Source: a virus. Taken from it: DNA of 64,000 nt. The stretch is from the IMG/VR virus record IMGVR_UViG_2718217647_000001. One strand, given 5' to 3'. Both the position numbers and the translations under genes were made by a program. Position 1 is the stretch's first letter; each line of letters opens with the position of its first letter. The notes under the pieces are model-generated. The model saw nothing but the letters and a program-made list of their open reading frames with translations. It did no database searches and was not told the origin of the DNA. Shown piece after piece: positions 27,003 through 37,351 of this stretch.

Positions 27003-28184
27003 AAGCAGCAGCTCTATGATGTCCTTTGGGCGGAAATATCTAAATGGTTAAGTTCTTCAAAAATAAAGAACTTGCTTAAGTGGACCAAAACCCGGGTGTA
27101 TATGGTTGGACATGAAGATCGATGGTTCGCTACGGCCAGGACAGCCACCCGACCTGAAAACATGCAGGGCTTCCATGAAGATTACATGCTTCTTATCGTG
27201 GATGAAGCATCAGGGGTTGCGGATCCAATCCTGGAGCCCATACTCGGTACCTTGACCGGTTATGAAAACAAGCTCTTAATGTGCGGAAACCCTACGAAGA
27301 TCAGCGGGGTTTTTTATGATTCACACAATAAGGACCGGGACCTCTATAAGACCCATAAAGTATCTAGTTTAGACAGCAAACGGACCAGCAAGGAAAACAT
27401 TGAGATGCTGATCCGGAAATATGGGAGAGATAGTGATGTAGTCCGGGTCCGTGTTTATGGCGAGTTTCCAAAAACTGAACCGGATACCTTGATTGCCCTT
27501 GAAGTTGTGGAGCTGGCGGCCAAGACCAGCAAAGTTAATCCGACGGGCAGTATTCTTCACCTGGGTGTGGACGTTGCCCGGTTTGGAGACGATGAGACGG
27601 TCATTGCCCCTCGTATAGGGGGGAAGGTCTTCCCCCTGCACGGTTACAATAAGCAGGATACGATGAAAACAGCCGGATGGGTGCTCAATATTGCCCGGTC
27701 TTTTCGAGAGCAAAGACCGGATATCTGGATGGTGGTAATCAAAGTTGACGATACCGGTGTTGGTGGAGGGGTAACCGATAGGCTGAATGAAGTAATTCTG
27801 GAAGATGGATTACCGTATATAGTTGTTCCTGTTAACAATGGCGGTAAGTCCGATGATGAAGAAGGTCACTTTGAGAACAAAGGAACTGAATCCTGGGTTG
27901 TAGTCAAAGAAATCCTGCAGCAGAACTTCTCAAACTTTGTGCAGGGTCAAGAAGCTCTGGTTGAACTGCCCAATGATGAAAAACTTATCAGCCAGCTGAC
28001 CACAAGAAAATATCGGATGACCAGCAAAGGCCGGATTGCACTGGAGCGAAAAGAAGACATGAAGAAGCGGGGGCTGCCGTCCCCGGACCGGGCAGATGCG
28101 GTGGTATTATCGTTTATCGAAAGTGTAGTTGTCCCCCTAGACGAAATTAATAACGATTCGGCTTATGACAATGAAATTGAGTAG
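27003..28184 (+). pseudogene. terL: Terminase large subunit lacking its N-terminus (no Walker A)
   Basis: Frame open from the IS edge (KQQLYDVLWAEISKW...); Walker B LLIVDEASG, CGNPT, nuclease GVDVARFGDD and SPDRAD. Confidence 0.9.
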
Positions 28185-29672
28185 GTGAGAAATGTGAACC
28201 CATTAAAGCCTTTAGCCCAGAAAGTATTGAAAGATGACTTAAGTGTTATGCAGGAGAGTATTTCGAAGCTCTCTGAAGCCGTTTCCTCCCTTCAGATTGA
28301 AGAAAGAGGATGGATCAACGTATCTCAGGGCTTTGTCCCCTGGGAGATCACGGGGGAACAACGGCAGCATGTTATTGAGAAGGTCCGAGATGCTTTTAAG
28401 AAAAATCCTCTTGCCGGCCAGATAGCAGATATCAAGAAATACTTTACGATGGGGCAAGGCATTGGGTTTAAAGCTGAGGATCCGGATGTCAATGAGGTGC
28501 TTAAAAGTTTTTGGAATGATGAATCCAACAAATGGTTCCTGAGGCAAAGCCAGCTCTCCGATGACTTAGAGGTCGATGGAGAGTTTTTTATTAGGTTTTT
28601 CAAAAACGATATAACCGGCCGGGTCCAAGTCCGCTGTATTCCCGCCTGGCAGATTACTGACGTTGTAACTGACCAGGAAGATGCAGAGACTCCACTGTGG
28701 TACCGGCGGGAATGGGTGGAGCAAAAGTGGGATCCCCAAGCAAAATTATATGCTATCGTCAAATACCATATCGGTGTTGAAGCGGACTATATTCCTGCAG
28801 ATGAGATCCTTCATGTTAAGGTTGGAGCTCCTTTGTACGCGAAGTTCGGGAATTCCCCTTTATACCGGACGCTGGGGTATTTGAACGCATACAAAGAATG
28901 GCTGGAAGATAGGGCCAAGCTCAATAAGGCCCGGGCTGCCTTCGCCTGGAAAAAGAAGATCAAGAATATGGGTAACAGTGTCGCTACGGCTGTCAACGGA
29001 GTTTTAAATACATTGAATAAAGCCTTTAATGGGAACGAAAAGCCGGTTCCGCCGAAAACCGGGGGTGTGATTGTCGAGAATGACGGTGTGGAGTGGACTG
29101 TCGTTAACTCCGACGTAAAGGCAGACAATGCCAGTGAAGACGGCCGTGCCATTAAACTAATGATCTGTGCCGGCTCCGGAATCTTCGAACATTACCTGGG
29201 TGATGCCAAGGTGGGGAACCTGGCCAGTACCAAAAGTATGGAGCTACCTATGATGAAGATGTTTGAATGGCGCCAGAAGCTATTTGAGATGGCAGTTTTC
29301 CTTCCGATATTCCGACGGGTAATTCGTGCCGCCGTTGAAGCGGGAGCACTCCCTGAAAAGAGCAAGGTGACCCGGCAGGAAGGTGGAAAACAAATTGAAC
29401 TGGAGATCGAAACAGACCAGGTGTACATCGATATCGATTTCCCACCGCTGGTTTTGAAAGAAATCAAAGAGCTTACCGACGCCTTGGTGAAGCAGGTCCA
29501 GGAAAGGCTTAAATCCAGGCAGACAGCGGGCATGGAATTAGGTATAGAGGATTGGGAACAGGAAGTTGCTATGATCCTAGCTGAGGAGGAGGAGCTGAGA
29601 AAACGGCAGCGAGAGGATGATACAAATTCCTATCCCCCCTTTAACCCTCCCAAGGGGGATGAGGAAGAATGA
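28185..29672 (+). CDS. Portal protein
   Basis: Position after terL; size; NPLAGQIAD, DGEFFIRF, ILHVKV motifs. Confidence 0.8.
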   Translation: MRNVNPLKPLAQKVLKDDLSVMQESISKLSEAVSSLQIEERGWINVSQGFVPWEITGEQRQHVIEKVRDAFKKNPLAGQIADIKKYFTMGQGIGFKAEDPDVNEVLKSFWNDESNKWFLRQSQLSDDLEVDGEFFIRFFKNDITGRVQVRCIPAWQITDVVTDQEDAETPLWYRREWVEQKWDPQAKLYAIVKYHIGVEADYIPADEILHVKVGAPLYAKFGNSPLYRTLGYLNAYKEWLEDRAKLNKARAAFAWKKKIKNMGNSVATAVNGVLNTLNKAFNGNEKPVPPKTGGVIVENDGVEWTVVNSDVKADNASEDGRAIKLMICAGSGIFEHYLGDAKVGNLASTKSMELPMMKMFEWRQKLFEMAVFLPIFRRVIRAAVEAGALPEKSKVTRQEGGKQIELEIETDQVYIDIDFPPLVLKEIKELTDALVKQVQERLKSRQTAGMELGIEDWEQEVAMILAEEEELRKRQREDDTNSYPPFNPPKGDEEE

Positions 29673-30526
29673 GCCCTCCGGATCTTGATAAACTGGAAAA
29701 GCTCCATGGCAAATTAAACCGTAAATTGGCAGCTTGGGAAAAAAAGAAGTTAAGAGAGTTGCTTCGCACCTTCGCAGAGACTGAAGTTGAGATCAAAGCG
29801 CTTCTGGTAACGGCCGAGGGATGGGAAAAGACGCGGTTAGAATCATTACTCGCGGAAATTGACCGGATAATGGATAACATGGGGCGCGCTGCGGAAATGT
29901 GGGTTACCGGCCAGAGCGATGTTCCTCCGGAAAGTCCACTGGCGGGGTTGAGTCAATTCCCGGCTCTTTCTGGCGGGAGTGCGGCGTTTGCCTCCTTAGG
30001 GGTTACTGGATCATTTACAACGATCCATTTGCCGGTGCTCTCCTATATGCAGGATTACCAATTGGGACTCATCCGGAGGATCACCCAGGAAGTTCGGGAC
30101 CAGATCAAAGAGGAATTGAAGCGAGGATATATCCAGGGTGAAAGCATTCCGGATATTGCAAAACGGCTACGGAATACAAAATTGGATAAAGGTGTCTGGC
30201 CCAGCGTAGAAAAAAGGGCCACGGTAATTGCCAGAACCGAGATCCTGAGAGCGTCCAACCAAGGAGCTCTTCATGTTTACAATCAGTATCAGGTGAAAAG
30301 AGTGATATGGTTGACGGCGAAGGACGAAAGGGTATGCAAAGTTTGCGGGCCATTGCATAAGAAGATATTCCCTATTGATCAAATTCCTTTCGGAGGACCT
30401 CCCGCTCATCCAAGGTGCCGATGCTTTATTGTCCCTCATATTGTCACTACGGAAGAAGAGGGCCGAGCAGGAGATCAAAAGGCAAAAGAAAACGTGAAAT
30501 GGTGGAAAGAGAAACAGGCTGCTTAA
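29669..30526 (+). CDS. Minor head/head morphogenesis protein (SPP1 gp7/Mu gpF-like)
   Basis: RATVIARTE, WLTAKDERVCKVCGPLH, PPAHPRCRC. Confidence 0.9.
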   Translation: MSPPDLDKLEKLHGKLNRKLAAWEKKKLRELLRTFAETEVEIKALLVTAEGWEKTRLESLLAEIDRIMDNMGRAAEMWVTGQSDVPPESPLAGLSQFPALSGGSAAFASLGVTGSFTTIHLPVLSYMQDYQLGLIRRITQEVRDQIKEELKRGYIQGESIPDIAKRLRNTKLDKGVWPSVEKRATVIARTEILRASNQGALHVYNQYQVKRVIWLTAKDERVCKVCGPLHKKIFPIDQIPFGGPPAHPRCRCFIVPHIVTTEEEGRAGDQKAKENVKWWKEKQAA

Positions 30527-30631
30527 TGGCCTGCTTTTTTGAAAGGATGTGATATTTATGGGACTCAGGTGTCGATGCCCTACTGGAAACCAGACATAGT
30601 TGAAAATATAGAAGTACCGTAAGGACGGTGA

Positions 30632-32089
30632 TTGTTCATGCCCGTAAAAAACATTGATAAAGCCCTAGCTGAAATAACGGCACTGTTAGAGGGTAGTAAA
30701 ATTGAGTTGCCTGAGGCTCTAATAGAAGTAATGAGTTTTGACAAACTTGAACAGAAGATTAGGGATTTAATAGATCCCCGAGATTCAAACGGAAACCGCA
30801 CCTGGCGATATTCAATCCGTGATACATACCCTGGCTTTGCTGTGGTCAAGGATACGGAAGCCGATAAGATTTATCGGGTTGATTATACGGTTGATGCCAA
30901 TGATAACGTGACAATAGGTCAGTGGCAGGAAGCTGAATATGTCTTGCAAATTAAACCCGGGGGAAGCATTGGCCCGGCCCCATCGGTCACGGTGGTGACT
31001 GAAAGCGCATCAGTTCAGGAAATAGATTTCAGTGAACTGACACCAATCGTTGAAGCTCAAGCAAATGGAGAAGGGATGGCATTCCGGGTAACGGTTTTAA
31101 AACCGGGTTGGAATGTTGGCCTAAATGGGCGGCCGGGTGATAAGTATTATACCCGGGAGGCTTGCGGGACCCTGGTATCATTATTAGCCGGTGCCAAAGC
31201 CTATGCCGATCATCCTACTCGGGCAGAGGATAACTTGCGGCCGGAACGGAGCATTCGGGATTTGGTGGGGTGGTATTCGGATCCAAGGCAAGAAACAGAC
31301 GGCAGGACAACCGCAATTTTTAACCTGTTTGAAAGTGCTGTTTGGCTGAAAGATATTCTTAAGGTGATTGCTTCCGGAAAGGCTCCCAAAAATTTAGCCG
31401 GGATTAGTATTAATGGTTTCGGCTCCACTAAAATAGGAGCCGCAGAGGGCAGGGCCGGGAAGATTGTTGAGTCTATAAAGATTTTGCGCAGCGCTGATGT
31501 TGTCACTGAAGCAAGTGCCGGCGGGGAATTTGAACAGTTAGTAGCAAGTGCAAGAAATTTAGAAAAAGGAGAGGATATTGTGGATTGGAGTAAAATCACA
31601 TTGGATGAGATCCGTCAAAATAGACCTGACCTGGTTCAGACCATCGGCCAGGAAAGGCTGACTGAGGCCAAAACAGATTTCCAAAAGGATCTCGAAGCCA
31701 TCAGGGAAAGTGTCACGGTAGTGAGCGGTGAGAATAAGAAACTCCGCGATGAACTGGCAGCAGAACGGATTAAGGTTAGTATCAAAGGAAAAATCACCGA
31801 TTTACTCCGGGAAAGCAAGCTGCCCGAAATCTCCCAAAAGAGATTAGCGACCGTATTGGAAACCCGGGATTACACCAAAGAGGGTGTCCTTGATGAAACT
31901 GCCCTCAAGGAAGCCGTTACTGCGGCTGTTACAGAGGAGAGGGAATACCTGACTAAGTTAACCGAGTCCGGAAGAGTAGTCGGGATGGGTGCCGGTGGAG
32001 ACCAGGGAACCCCCGGGGACCGGCTCCAGGAAGTGCAAAACAAATTTGATAATATGTTCGGTGTGGCCATGCCCACTGAACAGAAGTAA
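30632..32089 (+). CDS. Prohead protease/scaffold fusion
   Basis: YADHP, GISING, SADVVTEASAGGEF followed by a helical scaffold region; N-terminal extension. Confidence 0.75.
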   Translation: MFMPVKNIDKALAEITALLEGSKIELPEALIEVMSFDKLEQKIRDLIDPRDSNGNRTWRYSIRDTYPGFAVVKDTEADKIYRVDYTVDANDNVTIGQWQEAEYVLQIKPGGSIGPAPSVTVVTESASVQEIDFSELTPIVEAQANGEGMAFRVTVLKPGWNVGLNGRPGDKYYTREACGTLVSLLAGAKAYADHPTRAEDNLRPERSIRDLVGWYSDPRQETDGRTTAIFNLFESAVWLKDILKVIASGKAPKNLAGISINGFGSTKIGAAEGRAGKIVESIKILRSADVVTEASAGGEFEQLVASARNLEKGEDIVDWSKITLDEIRQNRPDLVQTIGQERLTEAKTDFQKDLEAIRESVTVVSGENKKLRDELAAERIKVSIKGKITDLLRESKLPEISQKRLATVLETRDYTKEGVLDETALKEAVTAAVTEEREYLTKLTESGRVVGMGAGGDQGTPGDRLQEVQNKFDNMFGVAMPTEQK

Positions 32090-32103
32090 GGAGGAGATGG
32101 ATC

Positions 32104-32445
32104 ATGGCAAAAAATTTCGTGCAAGAAGGGCGCCGGCTTTTCTTAACTGCTGGGTCCGGTGTTAAATCCGGAGATCCCGTTGCAGTCGGGCAAATCGCCG
32201 GTGTCGCAGTAGCAGACGTTGACAGCAATAATCAAACCACCGTTGATACGGAAGGGGTTTACAAACTGTCTGTCAAGGGCATTGATGGCAGCGGGAATAG
32301 TGCTGTGGCTATAGGGGATGCCATCTATTTTGTTTCTGGCGACACACCTAAGTTGAGCAAAAAGGCTACCGGAGTCTTATTCGGGTATTCCTTGGGAACT
32401 GTCGATTCCGGAGCTACCGCGATCATTCCAGTTAAACTTAAATAA
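32104..32445 (+). CDS. DUF2190-family capsid decoration protein
   Basis: MAKNFVQEG, VKSGDPV, TEGVYKL, AIGDAIYF. Confidence 0.85.
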   Translation: MAKNFVQEGRRLFLTAGSGVKSGDPVAVGQIAGVAVADVDSNNQTTVDTEGVYKLSVKGIDGSGNSAVAIGDAIYFVSGDTPKLSKKATGVLFGYSLGTVDSGATAIIPVKLK

Positions 32446-32460
32446 GAAAGTGAGGGGATA

Positions 32461-33495
32461 ATGGTGTTTGAGAAATTAACCGAAAGCCAACAGGCGAAAC
32501 TCAATGAAGCCATTGAATTAGGCAGTATCAGACGTGTTTATGAAGTACTGGTTGAAGCGGCCAGTACTTCTGATTTTCCATACCTACTGGCCAATACAAT
32601 GGGAAAGGTGCTGCAGCGTGCTTATCAGGCTGTGCCGGATCAATGGCGCCGGCTTGTAAACATTGCAACGCTGCCCGATTTTAAGGATAAGACAATCCTC
32701 CGGGTATCTGAAGCGGACGATCTCGAAGAAATTAAGGGAGAACTGGGCGAATACAAGGACAGCACCCTAGAAGAAAGCAAAGAGACGTATCAGTTGTCCA
32801 TCTTTGGCCGAACTTTTTCAATTACCTACAAGTCCATTATCAACGATGATATGGATGCCATTCGGAAGCAGCCGGACCGCTTTGGAAAAGCAGCCGCCAG
32901 GTTATTAAATCAATTGGTATTTGGAATATTGATTAATAACCCGAATATGGGTGACGGTAAAGCTTTATTCCATGTGGATCATAAAAATCTTGGGAGTGCA
33001 GCTTTAGCTGAAGCTAGCTTAACTGCTGCTATTACAGCCATGCGAAACCAAACGGATGACAAGGGCAATAAAATTGTCGTACAGCCCAAGTATTTGCTTG
33101 TACCCAACGAGCTGGAATGGACAGCCCGGAAGCTTTTGCAGAGTGCTCAAGTACCCCAGGCAGGAAATACCAGTGCCTCTTTTGCTCCAAATGATCAGAA
33201 CGTGCTTCGGGATGTTGGCTTAGAGCCGGTTATTTGCCCATGGTTGACAGATGCAAATGACTGGTACCTGACTGCGGACCCTGCAACCATTGACACCATT
33301 GAAGTCGGTTTCCTCCGTGGAGTAGGGGAGAGTCCCCAATTGTTCCTGAAGTCTCCCGGGTGGACAACGATCAGTGGCATGGCAGTTGATCCCTTCGGTA
33401 TGGATGATGAGCCTATCAAGTATAAGGTTCGTCATATTGCAAAGGCAAAAGCAGTGGATTGGCGTGGAATGTATAAATCTGCGGTATCGAATTAA
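32461..33495 (+). CDS. Major capsid protein (Mu gpT-like)
   Basis: STSDFPYLLAN, PDFK, FSITYKSIINDD, PKYLLVP motifs. Confidence 0.88.
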   Translation: MVFEKLTESQQAKLNEAIELGSIRRVYEVLVEAASTSDFPYLLANTMGKVLQRAYQAVPDQWRRLVNIATLPDFKDKTILRVSEADDLEEIKGELGEYKDSTLEESKETYQLSIFGRTFSITYKSIINDDMDAIRKQPDRFGKAAARLLNQLVFGILINNPNMGDGKALFHVDHKNLGSAALAEASLTAAITAMRNQTDDKGNKIVVQPKYLLVPNELEWTARKLLQSAQVPQAGNTSASFAPNDQNVLRDVGLEPVICPWLTDANDWYLTADPATIDTIEVGFLRGVGESPQLFLKSPGWTTISGMAVDPFGMDDEPIKYKVRHIAKAKAVDWRGMYKSAVSN

Positions 33496-33513
33496 TAAAT
33501 CCTAAAGGTTCAA

Positions 33514-33544
33514 AAATAGGGGAGGCATTTTGTCTCCCCTATTT
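33514..33544. terminator. Hairpin terminator after the capsid gene
   Basis: AAATAGGGGAG...CTCCCCTATTT. Confidence 0.6.
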
Positions 33545-33564
33545 CTAAATAGGAGGGGATCATT

Positions 33565-33786
33565 ATGGCAGCTATTCAAAAGCCAACCATAGGCAGAATT
33601 GTTTTCTTTGTGACCGAAGAGGAGGAAACTCTTCCCGGGATAATCACCAAGGTCAACGATGACGGAACTATTAATCTTCGAGTATTTACCAACCAAGAGC
33701 ACGGTTCGGGAGCAATACTTTTGACCAATGTTCACCAGGGCAAGAAGGAGAAGCAATGGAGCTGGCCGGCCAAGGACGGTGAGTAA
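33565..33786 (+). CDS. Small virion-associated hypothetical protein
   Basis: KPTIGRIVFF...INLRVF...WSWP; SD AGGAGG. Confidence 0.7.
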   Translation: MAAIQKPTIGRIVFFVTEEEETLPGIITKVNDDGTINLRVFTNQEHGSGAILLTNVHQGKKEKQWSWPAKDGE

Positions 33787-33788
33787 GC

Positions 33789-34115
33789 ATGACAGATTTG
33801 GAATTGGTCCGGGCGAATGTCGTCGATGAGGTAGAGCCATATACCTTTAATGATCCAATGATTACAGCTTTGCTGTCGCGATATAACAACGATGTTAACC
33901 AGGTCAGCTCCCACATTTGGCTTATCCGGGCTGGTCAAGCTGCAAAAAGAAATTTTAAGTTTACAGTTGATGGCACGACGATCGACAAAACGATGACAGC
34001 AAAAGAGTGTCGGGAGCAGGCAGTATTTTTCAAGGAACTGGCCATGCTTACTCCTGGTGATGGGCTGGCAGAAATTGAGTGGACCAATGCCTTCGATCCG
34101 CCGGAGGGATATTAA
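33789..34115 (+). CDS. Head-tail adaptor (inferred)
   Basis: Position; YTFND...I helical adaptor-like motif. Confidence 0.6.
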   Translation: MTDLELVRANVVDEVEPYTFNDPMITALLSRYNNDVNQVSSHIWLIRAGQAAKRNFKFTVDGTTIDKTMTAKECREQAVFFKELAMLTPGDGLAEIEWTNAFDPPEGY

Positions 34116-34543
34116 TGATTACTACAGATGATATGGACTTTATTCGAGAATGCCTTTCAGACGTAGCCGGGGACGTAGAGGAATCTATTGTCTACAAGAA
34201 ATATCTTAATACCACTCCTGGTGATCAGGTGATGGGTATTCCTGATACTCCGAATTACGAGAGCTTTGATATTACCGCAAGAGTGAGAGCATTAACCCTT
34301 GAAGAGATTCAGGTTTCCGGCGGGGCCTACATTTTCGGCGATGTAGAGTTTAAGATTCGTAAACAAGACTGGATGCAATGGGATCTTAATCTAACCGGGG
34401 GGTATGATCCAGAATCATCCACCATAAGGCCGGATTATCCTGATCGTATTATTTACGATGGGTTGACCTATAAACCTAAAAGCTACAGTCATGCATGGCT
34501 TGGTGGTGTACTGTGGTACAAGGTAAAGGCAGGGAAGTTGTGA
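34115..34543 (+). CDS. Head closure protein (inferred)
   Basis: Position; beta-rich sequence, DRIIYDG. Confidence 0.55.
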   Translation: MITTDDMDFIRECLSDVAGDVEESIVYKKYLNTTPGDQVMGIPDTPNYESFDITARVRALTLEEIQVSGGAYIFGDVEFKIRKQDWMQWDLNLTGGYDPESSTIRPDYPDRIIYDGLTYKPKSYSHAWLGGVLWYKVKAGKL

Positions 34544-35199
34544 TGGAAAAGGATCTGTTTAATATCACTTTTAAGGGCGTGGATGAGTTAATTAAAGTAG
34601 CCGAGAGGAAAGCGCAGCTGCTTGATGCAAACGTGAGAAATGCAGTCGCTCGGACGGTGCTTTGGGGAGCAGGGAGAATCGCGGAAGAGTGCCCCACAGA
34701 CACAGGGCGGCTGAGGGCGAGTATTCTGGGATACCTGGTGCATAAATATGGACTAAGAGTAGAGGGGGACCCGGTCGCGGTCGCCGACGGGATAAGCCAG
34801 TCGGTGACGCAGATAAATGGATATGAGGGCAGAATCGGTACCAACGTCGCCTATGCCAGCCATCAGGAGTATGGATTTAATGCTACTGGCCCCAAAAAGT
34901 TAACGGACAAACAGCGGCGGTACTTATTTGCTGTTGGCATCTTGCAAAGTAAAGACGGGAGGGTTGTGCCGGGTACCGTAACCGTCTTAGTCCGTAAATC
35001 CGGAAAGATTACTGGCGGGAAGACCTATATAGGGGGCATCAATAAAGTGATTAACCGACGCGCGGGGAGTGTTTCTCACGTGAAGGGGAAGGGCTTTTTT
35101 AGGCGCAATCTGGTGCTAATAGACCAGTACTTTCAAGAGCAGATGGAAGAAGCAATAAAAGCAACGGAAGAAGATCGGCTAATCCCGGTCACGTTTTAG
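34543..35199 (+). CDS. HK97 gp10-like neck protein
   Basis: CPTDTGRLRASI, IGTNVAYASHQEYG, GKGFFRR. Confidence 0.85.
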   Translation: MEKDLFNITFKGVDELIKVAERKAQLLDANVRNAVARTVLWGAGRIAEECPTDTGRLRASILGYLVHKYGLRVEGDPVAVADGISQSVTQINGYEGRIGTNVAYASHQEYGFNATGPKKLTDKQRRYLFAVGILQSKDGRVVPGTVTVLVRKSGKITGGKTYIGGINKVINRRAGSVSHVKGKGFFRRNLVLIDQYFQEQMEEAIKATEEDRLIPVTF

Positions 35200-35367
35200 A
35201 GGGATTATGTCGGCAGGCTTGTCCGGCTTTTTTCCTTCTAAGCCGAATGTTTTTCGGATCATAGGGCCGATATCATGCTGGATAATGATCGTTTCAGGCC
35301 AATCTTTATTGATGACTGTCAGCCGGCGGGTCGGAAATAGATCTTTTTCCTTTGTCAAAGTTACCAC
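35179..35367 (-). CDS. Small antisense-oriented moron
   Basis: SD AAAGGGGG; own AGGA-N17-GAAT promoter at 35410-35386; occupies the gap between neck genes. Confidence 0.55.
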   Translation of the reverse strand: MVTLTKEKDLFPTRRLTVINKDWPETIIIQHDIGPMIRKTFGLEGKKPDKPADIIPLKRDRD

Positions 35368-35424
35368 CCCCTTTCTGGCATGTAAATTCGCTACAAACCA
35401 AAATATTCCTGCCGAGGTGAGACC

Positions 35425-35955
35425 ATGAACAATACAATGATGAGTATAGCGGAATACATTGCCACCAATTTTTCTGTTTTTGGATTGGGGTCCAAAGAGG
35501 ATTTAATCACTATTGAGAAGCCCAAGAAAAGATTAGTCAACGGTGGCAAATGGCTTATCATGCTTCCTTTGCGGACCCTGCCAGACACCGATTTCAAAGT
35601 CCCTTTCGGGAATCTACTTGCCAATGGGGTTAGGGGTGAGAGGTTCCTGACCATGGTTGAATTTGAGTGCAAGACCCGTGCGCCAGAACCGGAAAAAGAT
35701 TTTCTTTGGAATACAGCCAGAAAGTTGCGGGATAAGGTTTATAATGTGCTGGCCGGTCCTTATCGCGGAGGATTGACGGTCCCCCGTAAGGACTGGACGG
35801 ATCCTCAAAACCCCATGCCGGCCGGCGAGATCTGGTTCGAAGTAGATCCAGAAAAGAACTCTCCTATTGAGGACCCAATAGAGGATCCAAATGACCCGGC
35901 AAACAAGAGCATATTTCTTACGTATAACGTCCACTGGGTAAGACCAGTGACGTAA
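35425..35955 (+). CDS. Tail terminator-like protein (inferred)
   Basis: Position between gp10-like gene and major tail gene. Confidence 0.55.
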   Translation: MNNTMMSIAEYIATNFSVFGLGSKEDLITIEKPKKRLVNGGKWLIMLPLRTLPDTDFKVPFGNLLANGVRGERFLTMVEFECKTRAPEPEKDFLWNTARKLRDKVYNVLAGPYRGGLTVPRKDWTDPQNPMPAGEIWFEVDPEKNSPIEDPIEDPNDPANKSIFLTYNVHWVRPVT

Positions 35956-35965
35956 AGGAGGGCTT

Positions 35966-36325
35966 ATGTCAAAGGTAAAAATTAAACTTGACTCTAAACC
36001 CCAGGACTCTTATGTTGAGGTAGATGGAGAAAGGGTAAATAGCGTTACCAAGGTGATAGTTGAGGGTGTGGCCGGGAAGGCCCAAAAGGTACTGGTAGAA
36101 TTGGATCCTCTAATGGTGGAGATAGAGGCCGATGCAGAGGTGGTATCAAAGGATCATTTAAAAGTAACCGTTAGCCTCAAACCCTGGTATAGTATGCTAC
36201 AAAAGAACACTATTGAGGTAGTAACGGGAGCTGTAGAGATGGGAATGCCATCTAGGATTGCTGAGGAAATATTAAAGGATACATTATATACTGCCTTACG
36301 GGAAGGAATAGAAATAAAGGGTTAG
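35966..36325 (+). CDS. Hypothetical protein
   Basis: ORF with SD AAGGAGG. Confidence 0.65.
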   Translation: MSKVKIKLDSKPQDSYVEVDGERVNSVTKVIVEGVAGKAQKVLVELDPLMVEIEADAEVVSKDHLKVTVSLKPWYSMLQKNTIEVVTGAVEMGMPSRIAEEILKDTLYTALREGIEIKG

Positions 36326-36339
36326 CGAGGTGAATGATC

Positions 36340-36489
36340 ATGCCTGAACCGTTTAAGTTGTCGTGCCCCTGCGGGTACGATTTTGTTTTTCCTGCAAAGC
36401 CCTGGTGCAAGACGGAGGTAAAATGCCCGGAATGCGGCCAGGTAGTCGCCTATGATCCTAAAGAAAAACCTAAGAAAAAAGGAGAGTGA
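36340..36489 (+). CDS. Zinc-ribbon microprotein (49 aa; not in ORF track)
   Basis: MPEPFKLSCPCG...KCPECG; SD GAGGTG. Confidence 0.6.
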   Translation: MPEPFKLSCPCGYDFVFPAKPWCKTEVKCPECGQVVAYDPKEKPKKKGE

Positions 36490-36495
36490 TAATTA

Positions 36496-37269
36496 ATGTC
36501 CTTTGAAAAGAAACGGAATGCAAATTTGCTGGTGCTTTCCACCCCGGCAGTTTTTGCCGGAACCTTTACCGATTCGGCCGGCGTGACGGCTGCCATGGCA
36601 AATAATGCAATCCCTGGGGCTACTGACTTCGGATATGACCATGACCTTGGAGTCACGCTTCAGGGGAAAGGGCAATTCGGGTTAAACAAGCCTGTTGGTC
36701 TCACCGACGAATATGGCGGAATTAAAGGAAACTTTGACATTCAGGGGACAGATGGGGAGGCTGCGGTACTTGCCGCGGTTAGCCGTATTGCCCGGTCCGC
36801 ATTCGTCAACGCAAACTACAATAAGTTATATGAATGTTTTCTAATTGCGAATATATTAGAGGATGACGGCGCTGCCCTACGGGCCCATTTCTGCGAGACA
36901 TGCCGGATCGATGCTGTTCCCAAAAAGGTGGGCCCTGATGCAAAGCGTTTCTCTTTCCAAGGTGTTATCGGCCGTGACTTCGTAAATAAGAAGATCAGGG
37001 TAGCCGTGATAAACGGAGCTGCATCGCCGGTGACTGCCGTGAACTATCCTACAGGAGAAACTGCAGCTGCATGGATCGATGATAACGGGACCAGCAGGTA
37101 TGCTTTGTTGGTTCTAAAGTACAAGGACTCTGACAAGACTGTCAAACGGCTAGAACTGGCATCAGCGGCCGCGGCGGGCTATTATTCCGAAACCGGTAGC
37201 GCAATTACCTTGCACACCGCGGATGGGTTAGCCACAAATGACAAAGCATTGATAGTGTATCTGGCATAA
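36496..37269 (+). CDS. Major tail protein (inferred)
   Basis: Position before chaperone and TMP; small-residue-rich; followed by a terminator. Confidence 0.65.
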   Translation: MSFEKKRNANLLVLSTPAVFAGTFTDSAGVTAAMANNAIPGATDFGYDHDLGVTLQGKGQFGLNKPVGLTDEYGGIKGNFDIQGTDGEAAVLAAVSRIARSAFVNANYNKLYECFLIANILEDDGAALRAHFCETCRIDAVPKKVGPDAKRFSFQGVIGRDFVNKKIRVAVINGAASPVTAVNYPTGETAAAWIDDNGTSRYALLVLKYKDSDKTVKRLELASAAAAGYYSETGSAITLHTADGLATNDKALIVYLA

Positions 37270-37294
37270 AGGCGGGTTATTTAACCCGCCTTTT
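37268..37294 (+). terminator. Intrinsic terminator
   Basis: AAAGGCGGGTTA-TT-TAACCCGCCTTT. Confidence 0.8.
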
Positions 37295-37301
37295 CCTTTA
37301 C

Positions 37302-37327
37302 CAAATTCCCAAGCGCTTGGGAATTTG
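37302..37327. repeat. 26-bp perfect palindrome, copy B (intergenic)
   Basis: CAAATTCCCAAGCGCTTGGGAATTTG. Confidence 0.97.
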
Positions 37328-37351
37328 AATTTATGAAAGGTGGTATTTGTT

